Below are positions 1-9,909 of a stretch of DNA of 64,000 bases, piece after piece (the stretch's first letter is position 1; each line of letters opens with the position of its first letter). The DNA is taken from NCBI GenBank assembly GCA_964019335.1, contig OZ025692.1, positions 248,001 to 312,000 on the forward strand. The letters are read 5' to 3'. This DNA is from Diplonema japonicum (Eukaryota; Protista; Euglenozoa: Diplonemea). Made by a program: the position numbers and the translations under genes. The notes beneath the pieces are model-generated. The model did not search any database, was not told the DNA's origin, and worked only from the letters and a program-made list of their open reading frames with translations.

Positions 1-2516
1 CCTTTACCGCACTGCAGCCCACCCTCCTTTGCCCATGAGTACTTCAACACACCGTTACTCAGTTGCATCTCGATCTCAGAGGAGGACAAATCAACATCAA
101 TAGAAGGGCTCAGCACCTTGTTGTTCAAGTCGACCCCTGCTAGGCGCTTCACAAGGTAAGCACTGTATGATGACCACATGTGGTGGTTGCGTGAGTTCAT
201 CCCGGGGCCTTCAAAGGGTCCGTCGATGAGCTCCCATAGGTTCTGTGTAGCGTCCTCAAGAGGGTTCGTCAGCATGTAGCCCACAGACGGGTAGTCAGTC
301 GCCTCTAGTACTGCAAGTGCGTCGCTTGCATGTCCGTTGTCGTGCAGGCCGTCGAACATGAACTTGAAGCCAATGATGCCGGTGTCGAAGTGGTGTGCCT
401 TGGCAACCACGCTGTTGTACAGCTCGCTTGCAGCGACAGTCGTGTTCATGCCCTCTCCGAGGGCGAGGGCCAAGGCGTTGTTCGTCTGGATGTTCAGGTC
501 GTACTTCCCATTCTTGAAGAACACATTGTTGAACTCTTTCTTGAGCTCCGTCACCTGCCCTGCCATGTACTGCGCCACAGTCGTGTTCCCAACCGCTGCC
601 GCCATCTCACCAACAATTTGTGTGATGACGATGTAAGAGAAGGCCGATGTGTAGGGTGCGCTGGGTTTCACAGCCGTTCCGGGGTTGCCCTTTGTAGCAG
701 GTGGGGGCACCCAGTCGCCGTACGGGGTGTGCATGTTGCCGAGGCCGTTGGCTGCCTGGCCGGCAACGTTTTTCTGATGGAGCACCATGAGGTGCAGGTT
801 CTCCTTGATGCCTTCAATGTCGTTGTTCATCTTCCAGTTCACGTACTGCACTTGGGGGTAGGCTGCGCTCCAGGAAACGTCGGCAGGCCTGCCACCGTAC
901 CTGTAGTAGGGCACCACATCAGGGAGCGAGCCATCGCTGTCGACCTCTGTAGCTTGGATGTCGGTGCAGAACTTCAAGAAAGACGTCGCGTCGTAGTTCA
1001 GAGCGATGGAGTTGCTGCTCAGGTCTGCGTCGCCCATCCACCCAAGACGCTCGTCACGCTGGTCGCAGTCAGTCAGCACAGACATGAAGTTAGACCTCTG
1101 TGCACCGAGGGCGAGCTGCTGCATGGAGTTCAAGAGCGGGCTGGAGAACTTCACGACCGTCTTTAATGGAATTGCCGAATGGAAGTGATGCATCTCAATC
1201 TGGTTCATCTCAAGGGCCACCCCTGTCACCTCCACAAACCTGAAACCATGGTAAGTGAACTTGGGGAAGAACTTGCCCACCTTCCCATTCGAGATGTACA
1301 CGTCAGTTGCCTTTGCTCCACGCAAGTTCCCTGTGTAGATCATCCCAGGCTCGTATGTGTTTCCTGGGATGCCGGGGTGCTGCATGATCTCAGCGTGTCG
1401 CAGTGTCATGCTCTTCCCTGCAGGCAGGTTGATGCCTGTGACCATAACGACACCTGCTTGGTTAACTCCGAAGTCGAAGATCTGGATGCCTGGCTTGGGG
1501 GTTGTCACGTTGATGGGCTTCACAATCCTTGACACGGCGACGTGCGGTGCAGACCAGGGCACCATGGGGCCCCTGGGCGGGAGGAGCACCCCAGTTTCGA
1601 CGGCAGTCCAGTTTCCCTGGAAACCCACAAGATCCCACCCAGGCATCTCCTTCCTTGCGTCGTAGGTCTCGCCATTGTAAACATTGTCAGCGACAACAGG
1701 CCCTGCAGCAGTGGTCCACCCGGCAGAAGACGTCGTAAGGATTGTCTGCGTCCCGTTGGCCGCTGTGACCTGCAGGATGGCGCGGAGCACTCGGTCTGTG
1801 GAGTCGCCTGCTGTGTCCTCCCTGCGAGTGAAGGTCCTTGAGTCCCTCCATCCGTAGCCCAGTGCAACACCGATTGAGTTTGCGGTGTTTTGCTTCAACA
1901 AAGCAGTAACGTCGTACGTAGAGTACATCACTAGTCTCTCATTCTGCGTCCACGGCGCCGACACCAGGTGGCTACTAGAGACATTCACACCGTTCACCGT
2001 GGTGTACGAGTACCCCAGCCCTGCTAGATACAGCACTGCGTTGGTGAAGGTAGGTGCCGTGAACTCGGCCCTATACAAGTTCGTGGTGTTGCTCCCTATC
2101 CAGTTCACGCCAGTCCAGTTGGCGTCAGCGAGGCCAGTCCTGAAGGACGATGTTGCAGGTGCCGAGAGGGCACCGGTCTCGTCCGCCCAGCTCACCTCCC
2201 ATGTGTAGAGGGTGCCAGGCTTCAACGAGCTCCCGATGTACACTGCCTCCGGGATCGCGCTCTGCACCATCCCAGAGTCCCACACCTGCTTTCCATCGCT
2301 GCGTACTACTACCCTGTACCCCGCCTGAGAGGCACCGGTATTCACGTTGCTCAAGGGCTCCCATGTGAATCTCACGCGCCTGTCGTGGCGCACGGCAAAC
2401 GAAGTACTGGGGTTGAACTCCGAACCGAAAGCACTCCCGTCACACCTCATCCTGGTCGGCTGCAGAGGTGCTCCCACAGCCAGACCCAGTAACATACACA
2501 AACTAAGAACGTGCAT
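1..2516 (-). CDS. Secreted alpha-L-rhamnosidase, glycoside hydrolase family 78 (3' end beyond window edge)
   Basis: ATG at 2516 begins MHVLSLCMLLGLAVGAP (signal peptide). Manual translation gives GH78 hallmarks VWDSG, LTDCDQRDERLGWMGDA (~1030-1080) and NSRNHHMWSS (~170-200). Absent from the ORF track because the frame has no stop inside the window. Confidence 0.93.
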   Translation of the reverse strand, partial: MHVLSLCMLLGLAVGAPLQPTRMRCDGSAFGSEFNPSTSFAVRHDRRVRFTWEPLSNVNTGASQAGYRVVVRSDGKQVWDSGMVQSAIPEAVYIGSSLKPGTLYTWEVSWADETGALSAPATSSFRTGLADANWTGVNWIGSNTTNLYRAEFTAPTFTNAVLYLAGLGYSYTTVNGVNVSSSHLVSAPWTQNERLVMYSTYDVTALLKQNTANSIGVALGYGWRDSRTFTRREDTAGDSTDRVLRAILQVTAANGTQTILTTSSAGWTTAAGPVVADNVYNGETYDARKEMPGWDLVGFQGNWTAVETGVLLPPRGPMVPWSAPHVAVSRIVKPINVTTPKPGIQIFDFGVNQAGVVMVTGINLPAGKSMTLRHAEIMQHPGIPGNTYEPGMIYTGNLRGAKATDVYISNGKVGKFFPKFTYHGFRFVEVTGVALEMNQIEMHHFHSAIPLKTVVKFSSPLLNSMQQLALGAQRSNFMSVLTDCDQRDERLGWMGDADLSSNSIALNYDATSFLKFCTDIQATEVDSDGSLPDVVPYYRYGGRPADVSWSAAYPQVQYVNWKMNNDIEGIKENLHLMVLHQKNVAGQAANGLGNMHTPYGDWVPPPATKGNPGTAVKPSAPYTSAFSYIVITQIVGEMAAAVGNTTVAQYMAGQVTELKKEFNNVFFKNGKYDLNIQTNNALALALGEGMNTTVAASELYNSVVAKAHHFDTGIIGFKFMFDGLHDNGHASDALAVLEATDYPSVGYMLTNPLEDATQNLWELIDGPFEGPGMNSRNHHMWSSYSAYLVKRLAGVDLNNKVLSPSIDVDLSSSEIEMQLSNGVLKYSWAKEGGLQCGK

Positions 2517-2619
2517 TTGTAAACCTGTGCATGAGTTACAGTACTAAAGGAAAGAAAACAGTAAAAGGAACTGCTCATCAAAGAGCACGAGGCTAGGGGG
2601 AAGTTGCAGGTACATGCTT

Positions 2620-4419
2620 TCAGTCATTGAGGTAGTGCGATGCCCTGTTGCCCAAGAAGATGTCTATGTGTCGCGCCTTGCAGGAGGAAATGAAATCCCA
2701 CCAGAGTTCTGCTTTCAAAGCAAAGACCTCGCGGCTGCCGAAGTACTCCAAGTCTATCGTCTGCATACGCCGCTCCGTAAGCAGAGGTGTCAACGGCTCT
2801 ATCGACGTCATGCATGCACGCACGGTTGTGAGGCGGGGGAGCTTCCTGAGCAGCTCGGACATAACAGCGTTCTCGATGGGGACATCCTTCGACTGGATGT
2901 TAAGACGCACAAGGTTCGGAAAGGCATCTGCCACTGCTCTGTAGGCATCATTACTAGTGCAGCAATACTGGATGTTTAAGGTTGACAAACTGCCGTACGG
3001 CTTCAGTGGGAAAGCCGCCGCGCTAAGCTCATAAGAAGAAATCCCAAAGCTCTCAAGGTTCGGGATGTATGTCCACAAATCCTGGAGGAGGTCGTCGCTG
3101 AAGAGCCGTATCTTTTGATGCGGGAGCCCGTTGCTGGGGATACCCTCCGACCCCATAGAGAATGCGTAGAAGCTCCTAAGCGACGGGCATCCTTTGATGA
3201 CGTGCCGCACGCCCACCGGTGTCATCGACAGGCACCCCGAGATGGACAGCAAGCGGAGTGGCAGTTGCGATACCGTTCTCAACGTCTCGTCCGTCAGCTG
3301 GATACAACTGGAAAGGGTCAGGGTGTGGAGGTGCTTCGGTAGCACCACATCGGAATCCACGAAAGCATCATCTGTGATCTCTCTGTTCTTGTTCAGCTTC
3401 AGCACGCGCAGGTTCTTCAAACTCTTCAGGATCATGCGCAGCCCCGAGTCGTCGAGCATACCGACGCCCCCCAGCGCCAGGCACTCCAGGCCAGTACGCT
3501 GCGAAAGTAAAGACCCCAACCCTGCAGAAAGAAACCCTGTGGCGCTGTCAGTAGTCTCTGCCTCCTGTTCATCTTTGTAGCTGGCTGGGACGTGCGTCTG
3601 CACCTTTGGTGTAACGGCCTTTAGTTCTGCGAAGAGGTTCGCAACCTTCTGTACTTTCGTGGTGGCCGGTGCACTCTTTTTCTTCCCATCTGTGTCGTTC
3701 AGGTTGGTGCAGTCCTGGAGGTACAGGGACGCGAGGCTCGTGGTGCTTTTGAGCAGCTGATCCAACGAGAAGGCGTCGATCCTCGTCCCAGAGAGGTCGA
3801 TACTCTTCAGCTTTTTGCAGTTTTTAGCGATTGCTAGGAAGCCCGTTTGGGTGACCTCATCGCAAGACGCTAAAGAGAGGCTGGTCAGGGAAGTGAAACG
3901 CGAATACTGGCTGGTTAAGGAAGAGTCAGAAACATGACTGAGAGACAAGGACTGAAGGGAAACAGGCAGAGCGTTCCAGTGAGAGGCCTTAGGTATGGCG
4001 TTGGCGGAGAGCGTTTGAAGGCTCTCGAAGCGTGCCTCATCTGGTGGTGCAAACACCTGGATGTCAAGAGCTGTTAAGTTTTTCATGCTCCTCCAGATGT
4101 CCGCCCAGCATGCAGGACTTAGCTCGCATGTTACTTTTAAAGTCCTCACACGCTCTCCCTCCTCTTCTCCAATGCTCTTAAGCAACCCAGTTGCCACAAC
4201 AGGGCTCTGCAACACCAGCCCTGTCACATTCAGCCTCCTTGCCCAGCCCATCGTTTCCTCTGTGATGGAGTATTTTTGTACGATGTCCCGTTCCTCCACC
4301 ACCCACTTGCTCTGCGAACACACTGTGTGCCATGTTTTGTTTACAAGGAGTGCCTTCAACTTATCGCGCGATTCCAGAAAGTTAAACACATCCAACAGCG
4401 TGTCTTCAGGAACCTTCAT
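2620..4419 (-). CDS. F-box / leucine-rich repeat protein (FBXL-like)
   Basis: N-terminal F-box (VPEDTLLDVFNFLESRDKLKALLVNKTW) followed by cysteine-containing LRRs (LTSLSLASCDEVT, LHTLTLSSCIQLTD, LLSISGCLSMT). Confidence 0.88.
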   Translation of the reverse strand: MKVPEDTLLDVFNFLESRDKLKALLVNKTWHTVCSQSKWVVEERDIVQKYSITEETMGWARRLNVTGLVLQSPVVATGLLKSIGEEEGERVRTLKVTCELSPACWADIWRSMKNLTALDIQVFAPPDEARFESLQTLSANAIPKASHWNALPVSLQSLSLSHVSDSSLTSQYSRFTSLTSLSLASCDEVTQTGFLAIAKNCKKLKSIDLSGTRIDAFSLDQLLKSTTSLASLYLQDCTNLNDTDGKKKSAPATTKVQKVANLFAELKAVTPKVQTHVPASYKDEQEAETTDSATGFLSAGLGSLLSQRTGLECLALGGVGMLDDSGLRMILKSLKNLRVLKLNKNREITDDAFVDSDVVLPKHLHTLTLSSCIQLTDETLRTVSQLPLRLLSISGCLSMTPVGVRHVIKGCPSLRSFYAFSMGSEGIPSNGLPHQKIRLFSDDLLQDLWTYIPNLESFGISSYELSAAAFPLKPYGSLSTLNIQYCCTSNDAYRAVADAFPNLVRLNIQSKDVPIENAVMSELLRKLPRLTTVRACMTSIEPLTPLLTERRMQTIDLEYFGSREVFALKAELWWDFISSCKARHIDIFLGNRASHYLND

Positions 4420-4497
4420 CTTTCAAGTAACCTGCCGGTGCATAATAATTAATAGTTGAAATTAAAAAAGGAAAACAAAAGGGAGAGAAAAAGTCCG

Positions 4498-6204
4498 TCA
4501 CGTGTAAGCTGCTCCGCCGCCTCCAGTAAAGTCGACGCCGATGTGTTGGGAACAGGTGGGTCTGGTGGAAGACCAGGACCCCCATGCAACCCAAGAGAAT
4601 GTGTAAGAGGTGTCAGCGACCGGTAGCGGGGAGGGTTCGGGGGTTCCGTCATGTTCTTTGAACTCTGCTTTGGGGCCGTTGCCACGGGCTTCTTCGCGGA
4701 GCATCAGGAAGCGCAGGCAAGCTTCGTCGAGGGCTGCCTTGTCCTCGACAGTCCCGTGATGGGAGATGATGCTGCTCAGCTCTTTGAACCGCTCTCGAGC
4801 TTGCTCGTCAGAGGCAGTCGGCGAGATGTTCAACACCATTGCGTAGCATTTTATCAACTCTACGCGCACCCCTCTTCTGTCCTTTCCGAATATCTGCGAC
4901 ACGATGGTGTCTGTTGTCCCCGACAAATCCAAAGCAGCGGACCCCATGGCTAGCGCAGCCGCACACGGCACGGACACGCTCGCCGCCGCCAAGCAGCCCA
5001 AAGATGTGCCCGTGCTGATCGAGATCTTTGCAATCACTTTTTTAAGATCTCGTTCTGTGCACCGCCCCGCCGACCAAGTATGGAAGGCAGACCCGACCCC
5101 TGCCATGGCAAACAGCCCCGTGACAGCAGGACCAACAAAGGTGCTTGCTTGCTGACATATAGGGTGCTCTGCTGCCTGCGCCACCGCCCACGCTGTCCCG
5201 CTAGCGGTCCCCGCCGCCACTGCCGCGTCTTGTATGGCAGGGAGAACCATCTCCCCCACACCCTTTCCCTCAATTCCTTCTTCGATCATGCATTTTTCTC
5301 TATCTTCTATCTCTTTCCGCAGTGATATGGCACCTCCCAGCACGCCTGCCGACATGCCTGCGCTTGCTACAGCGTCCCGCACGGTGCTAGAAGCTAGTGT
5401 GGGCTTCCCTTTTGTGGTGTGTGTGCTGGCTTTGACCTTTCCCAGTTTTGCTTCCGGGGCGACCCCTTTTGCCGGTTTACCCGGGGCGAGCTTTGGCGTT
5501 GGTGCTGCCTTGCCAGCGGGCACGGCTTTGGTTGCTGGTGCAGTTTTAACAGGCGCTGCTTTTACCGGAGCTGCTTTGGCGGGCACCGACTTCACCGCCA
5601 CCTTCGGGCCTACCTTTGCAGTCTGGTCATCTTTTGAAGCAAGGCCTGCAATTTTAGCACCGCGGCGTATGCCCTTCTTGACGCCACGTCTGGCAGCAGA
5701 GTAAACCTTTTTGAAGTCTTTAGCCGCCCACGACAAGGGGTTGAGGCTGAAATCGTCTTGGAGGGGATCTTCTTCTAGAACCTCAGGGTCAGGAGTGGGG
5801 TCGATGTCAGGAGAGGTTGCGAGTGGTGCTTCTTCAGTGGCTTCTTCTCGAGACAGTGCGACGAGTTCTTTGATGAGTGTGTTGACCCTTTCAAGGGCTG
5901 CTTTACCGTCCTTACGCCATGCTATAAGGCGTTCTTGTTCGGTGATCTGTTGGCGTTGCGCTTCTTGGTGCTGTGCGTCCTCATAGGCAACCACAAGCAG
6001 GTCCTTTGCTCGAATCACAGCGTCTTTCCCACCTTTACCCCGTGCCACTGCCTTCACCATGGTGCTGTTCAGGAACTGGTGCATCGCGTCGTCGACGCTC
6101 TCGCACGACACAGTTTTTTCTATCTCCGCGTCCAGGCACCACGCCACCACCTCCTCATCACCGTCGAGGAGCGCTGTGTAGATACCACCAGGGACGTATT
6201 TCAT
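4498..6204 (-). CDS. Hypothetical protein with Lys/Ala/Pro-rich linker, Gly/Ala-rich hydrophobic helices and a degenerate C-terminal J-domain-like segment
   Basis: Likely start MKYVPGG at 6204, after a poly(A) run. The segment VLNISPTASDEQARERFKELS resembles DnaJ helices I-II but has no HPD motif. Confidence 0.7.
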   Translation of the reverse strand: MKYVPGGIYTALLDGDEEVVAWCLDAEIEKTVSCESVDDAMHQFLNSTMVKAVARGKGGKDAVIRAKDLLVVAYEDAQHQEAQRQQITEQERLIAWRKDGKAALERVNTLIKELVALSREEATEEAPLATSPDIDPTPDPEVLEEDPLQDDFSLNPLSWAAKDFKKVYSAARRGVKKGIRRGAKIAGLASKDDQTAKVGPKVAVKSVPAKAAPVKAAPVKTAPATKAVPAGKAAPTPKLAPGKPAKGVAPEAKLGKVKASTHTTKGKPTLASSTVRDAVASAGMSAGVLGGAISLRKEIEDREKCMIEEGIEGKGVGEMVLPAIQDAAVAAGTASGTAWAVAQAAEHPICQQASTFVGPAVTGLFAMAGVGSAFHTWSAGRCTERDLKKVIAKISISTGTSLGCLAAASVSVPCAAALAMGSAALDLSGTTDTIVSQIFGKDRRGVRVELIKCYAMVLNISPTASDEQARERFKELSSIISHHGTVEDKAALDEACLRFLMLREEARGNGPKAEFKEHDGTPEPSPLPVADTSYTFSWVAWGSWSSTRPTCSQHIGVDFTGGGGAAYT

Positions 6205-6359
6205 TTGTTTCTTCTTTTTTTTCTTGCGGGAAGGAATGGAAAACAAAAAGCAAACCAAAAAGAAAAACAAAAACAAAACGAAATCAATTATTTGAAATAG
6301 TCCCACTTTTTTTTTTCGTTTTTTTTTCTCTTTTTTTTCATTGTGTAATATCTGGACCA

Positions 6360-7817
6360 TCACGGGTCAGGTCCATGCATGGACGGTACAGAAGACGCTG
6401 GAACCGTCGGGGTGCCGAATCGTGTGGCCGTTCGTATGTACGAAGGGTTCAGGAAGATGTCGCCTAGGTTCTTGGCTTTCGTGGAAGTCCATGAAGACCA
6501 AGAGGAAGGCGGGGCACCGTCCTGCGCGGCGGCGTCGTGCGCATCGTGTGACGGGTGCACCCCGAACTCCTCCCACGCTTTTTTGAGCTTTTCGTTTTCG
6601 CACTTCAGCATGTTGAGCTCCTCCGCATCAACGCTCTCCACGGGCTCCGCTTCGCTTAGTCTCTTGGCCTCCGCTTCTAATTTCGACATTCTTCTGTTGA
6701 GCCGTATGTTCTCCTCTTCAACGAGTTTCGCTGTTTTTTTCGCGTCGAGTGTGGTTCTTTCTTGTTCCTTCGCAGCACGTGCAGCCTGGGCCAGCTTCGC
6801 CTCGAGGGTGGAGATGGTCTTGCATTGATCGGCTTGGGTTGAGCTGCTCGCTTCACGGAAATCTTGAAGCTCCTTTTCCTTCCCCCGCAGCTGCTCCAAG
6901 ATAGACGCGTTGAGATATAGCAAATCATCGATTTTCTTATGGTGCCCGGTGGCAGGTGCATCGTCAGGTTCATCACTCAAGACGACAGGCGGGGTGTCGG
7001 TGTGGTCTAAGTCAGGGTGGTGCCGAGCCTCCCATTCCAGAGCTGCGATCTTCTTTTTCGAGCTGTTTAATTTCTTTTGCAGACATTCCAGATGTGTCCT
7101 GTACTGCTGGTACGTGATGGGGGCTATGTGGCAGGCGGGAATTGGTTCCATCGTCCGAGGGTCGATCCCTTGTTTTGAAAGGAGCACGAGAAGCTTCCCT
7201 GCTTCACTCCGAGCTTCAGCAGCAGCGGTCTCCGCTTTTAATAATCTTTCTTGAAGATTCTGAAGATCCTTGACTTCAGAGTTTTGGCCTTGGAGATACG
7301 CGGCGAGGAAAGCCGCTGGGTCGGTAATGCCTGAGTTGTGGAGGTCTTGCTTTGCAATGTTTTGCGTGACTTGAAGGACTTCTTCGAGGGCGCGCTTTTC
7401 TTCCCTCATGGCTGCACGGTCGGAGGCCCATCGGAGCTTTTCGGTGGTGATCTCATCCATTTCCTGTATGAATGCTTCTTTGATCTCTTGGATAGTTGCA
7501 AGCTCTGCTGTGGCGTGTGCTGTGCGCCGTAGGGTGCTGTTCTCTGTGTGCAAGGATTCTACTTTCTTGCTGAGTCTGCTTACTGTGTTCTCAAGTATCT
7601 TGGTGTGAGCGTCTTCTTCAGACCCGTACAGGCGCTGGGTCGCCATAGCCTGTTCCCGTCTGCTTACTGCTACTATCGTTACCACTGCTGCAACCATGTT
7701 CCCTACCATCTTCGCGTGCTTTCTTTGCCGCAGAGGTCGCCTCCTTTGAGGCTTTTGTGCCGGTTTCGACGTGGTTCCCTCGTCTTCTTCCGGTTCTTCT
7801 GGTTCTTCATGCATCAT
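6360..7817 (-). CDS. Coiled-coil protein of unknown function
   Basis: About 485-aa ORF from MMHEEPEE with a heptad-rich E/K/L/A composition. Confidence 0.75.
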   Translation of the reverse strand: MMHEEPEEPEEDEGTTSKPAQKPQRRRPLRQRKHAKMVGNMVAAVVTIVAVSRREQAMATQRLYGSEEDAHTKILENTVSRLSKKVESLHTENSTLRRTAHATAELATIQEIKEAFIQEMDEITTEKLRWASDRAAMREEKRALEEVLQVTQNIAKQDLHNSGITDPAAFLAAYLQGQNSEVKDLQNLQERLLKAETAAAEARSEAGKLLVLLSKQGIDPRTMEPIPACHIAPITYQQYRTHLECLQKKLNSSKKKIAALEWEARHHPDLDHTDTPPVVLSDEPDDAPATGHHKKIDDLLYLNASILEQLRGKEKELQDFREASSSTQADQCKTISTLEAKLAQAARAAKEQERTTLDAKKTAKLVEEENIRLNRRMSKLEAEAKRLSEAEPVESVDAEELNMLKCENEKLKKAWEEFGVHPSHDAHDAAAQDGAPPSSWSSWTSTKAKNLGDIFLNPSYIRTATRFGTPTVPASSVPSMHGPDP

Positions 7818-8131
7818 TTTCTTCACTCTTTTTCCTTTTTCTTTTTTTAAAATTGGACTTAGATTTTTAATTCAACAATGAAGAGGTGGGAGAAAGGGAA
7901 GGGAGGGGGGGTGCCCGTTCTTATATATTCTTTTTTTTTTTTTTCCATTCGAAAAATCATAGTTTTTAATGGTTTTCCCTTTTCCTCTGTTGGAAAACAG
8001 GAGGGAGAGAGAGGGTGTTGAGGGGAAAAGAGAGGTGTCAAACCCTCTGTGTCGAAAGACTTCCGACACTTAACCAGAATTCCTATTATTTCTTTTTTTC
8101 CTTTTCTCCATTTCTTTTTTTGACACCTCCA

Positions 8132-8166
<35 letters not shown>

Positions 8167-8354
8167 TTTTCGCCCTCTCAAGCCTTCTCAACAGAGGGCT
8201 CATGACACCTTCCCTGATAAGGGGGAGGGGAGTGAAGGGGGAAAAAAAAAAATAATATTTCAGTGTGCAGGGCAGGTGGTGATGTGCGAAAGAAATATAT
8301 CATATGGACACATAAAAAAAAAAAAAAAAAAGAAGAAAAAAAAAAACGCGGATA

Positions 8355-9491
8355 TTAATCGTCGTCGAAAGGATCGTTCACGGACCAAGGGTCATGCCCA
8401 AGAATACCCGAGAGCTCCTTGTGCAGATCCATTTGAAAGCCCACCAAGTCAAAATCGTTGACATCATTACCAAAAGGGTCCTCGATCTCCGCACCGACGT
8501 TGTTAATACCAAATAGGAGAATGGCGATCACGGCACACACGGGGACGGTCAGCCATTCCATGTCAATGGCCTCATCTAACATAATGAAGGGAATGGTGAA
8601 CACCCACACCGTGAGGAAGATCTGCAGGGAGTGCGCGTAAGGGAAAGGCATGGGCGCACTAACAATCTTCATCATACCCTGCCACGCCGACAGGAGCTCT
8701 TCTACATGCTTGTTGACATCATCTACTGCAGTCGGCCATTTATATCTGACCAAAGAGTCCCCCCCACAAGGATGCACCACTGCAGCAACAAGCATTTTGT
8801 TCAGAAGTATCGGTGGTGCAACGTTCGCATTTTCCTTCATACTGTCGATTTCCCTTCTTGTCAGATAATGGGATAGTTCCCAGTGTCGTAGCTGTGCCAT
8901 GTAAGATTTTTCCGGGGCGGTTATTTCTTCTTCACCGCTTGATCGTTTTTGAACCATGTGTCGGGTGACCACCACCATCGCCATTACAATTCTGATGACT
9001 TTTTCAGTATGTTGCTGGACTGCTTGAGGAGGTCCTCTTATGTAAGTTGGGGTTTTAATCCCGATGCATCGGCATGCGAAGACCATTCTTCCTATCATGC
9101 CCCTGCCGTCCCACCACCTTTGGTATGACAAATTGGATCGAAAGACTAATAGAAACCCGATGGGAATAATGGTGAGCGTGTGTGGCTTATCGTGGAATAT
9201 GACCCACTTCCCCCCGTACAGGTGGGCTGCCGTTATGATCGAGGACACAGCCAGAACTGCAAGAACTGTACGCCAGGAGTTTTGGAAGAGTGTTCCCTTT
9301 ACTCGTAGAAGGACCTTCCACCCGTCTTCCCGGTAGGCAGCCATGTAGCGCTTCTCTGCGCTTATCTTCATCTGTTCCGCGGTGCCCCCTATGCATTTCT
9401 TGCAGGATCGCTTGTTCACCCCGCGTACCAGGACGCTGTCCGGTTCGCTCGAGAACGGGTGGGTAGCATAGGGGTTTCGTAAATCATGCAT
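8355..9491 (-). CDS. Bestrophin-family anion channel (bacterial/algal-type)
   Basis: Motifs GFLLVFRSNLSYQRWWDGR, PMPFPY and EIEDPFGNDVND. Start MHDLRNPY follows a poly(A) run. Confidence 0.92.
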   Translation of the reverse strand: MHDLRNPYATHPFSSEPDSVLVRGVNKRSCKKCIGGTAEQMKISAEKRYMAAYREDGWKVLLRVKGTLFQNSWRTVLAVLAVSSIITAAHLYGGKWVIFHDKPHTLTIIPIGFLLVFRSNLSYQRWWDGRGMIGRMVFACRCIGIKTPTYIRGPPQAVQQHTEKVIRIVMAMVVVTRHMVQKRSSGEEEITAPEKSYMAQLRHWELSHYLTRREIDSMKENANVAPPILLNKMLVAAVVHPCGGDSLVRYKWPTAVDDVNKHVEELLSAWQGMMKIVSAPMPFPYAHSLQIFLTVWVFTIPFIMLDEAIDMEWLTVPVCAVIAILLFGINNVGAEIEDPFGNDVNDFDLVGFQMDLHKELSGILGHDPWSVNDPFDDD

Positions 9492-9584
9492 TTTTTTTTT
9501 TTTTTTTTTTTTAAACCCTTCCCCTTCTCCCTTTCCCCCCTGAGACATGAAATGATTAAGTAAAAAAAAAAAGAAGAAGAGTAA

Positions 9585-9742
9585 TGACCAGGTCGATCGC
9601 CGTGTTTCTGTCTGATCCCTTGGATCTGGTCAGATAAAAGCCCTATTGTGGTCTCGTCTCAGGTGTCGTCATCGGAGGAAGCAACTCGCCTGAGGGGAGG
9701 TGTTTTAACCCACCTTGGACTTGGGCCCGGAGGCCAAAAGTC
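9585..9742. ncRNA. Candidate structured RNA / structured UTR element
   Basis: Three consecutive hairpins: TGACCAGGTC/GATCTGGTCA, TCTCGTCTCAGGTG/CGCCTGAGGGGAGG and GACTT-GGCC/GGCC-AAGTC. An ANANNA (AGATAA) follows hairpin 1. Confidence 0.3.
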
Positions 9743-9748
9743 TTGCTG

Positions 9749-9807
<59 letters not shown>

Positions 9808-9909
9808 GAAAGTACAACATTGACACGCGCTTTTTTTTTTCCTTTTTTTTTTCTTTCCCACCCCGCTGAAAACTTTTCTTCATGGGGGGGGGGGGTTCTT
9901 TTTCCCCAC

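Noticed and set aside
330-2547. Plus-strand ORFs over the rhamnosidase gene
   Set aside because: Antisense shadows of a GC3-rich minus-strand gene, with no recognisable motifs.
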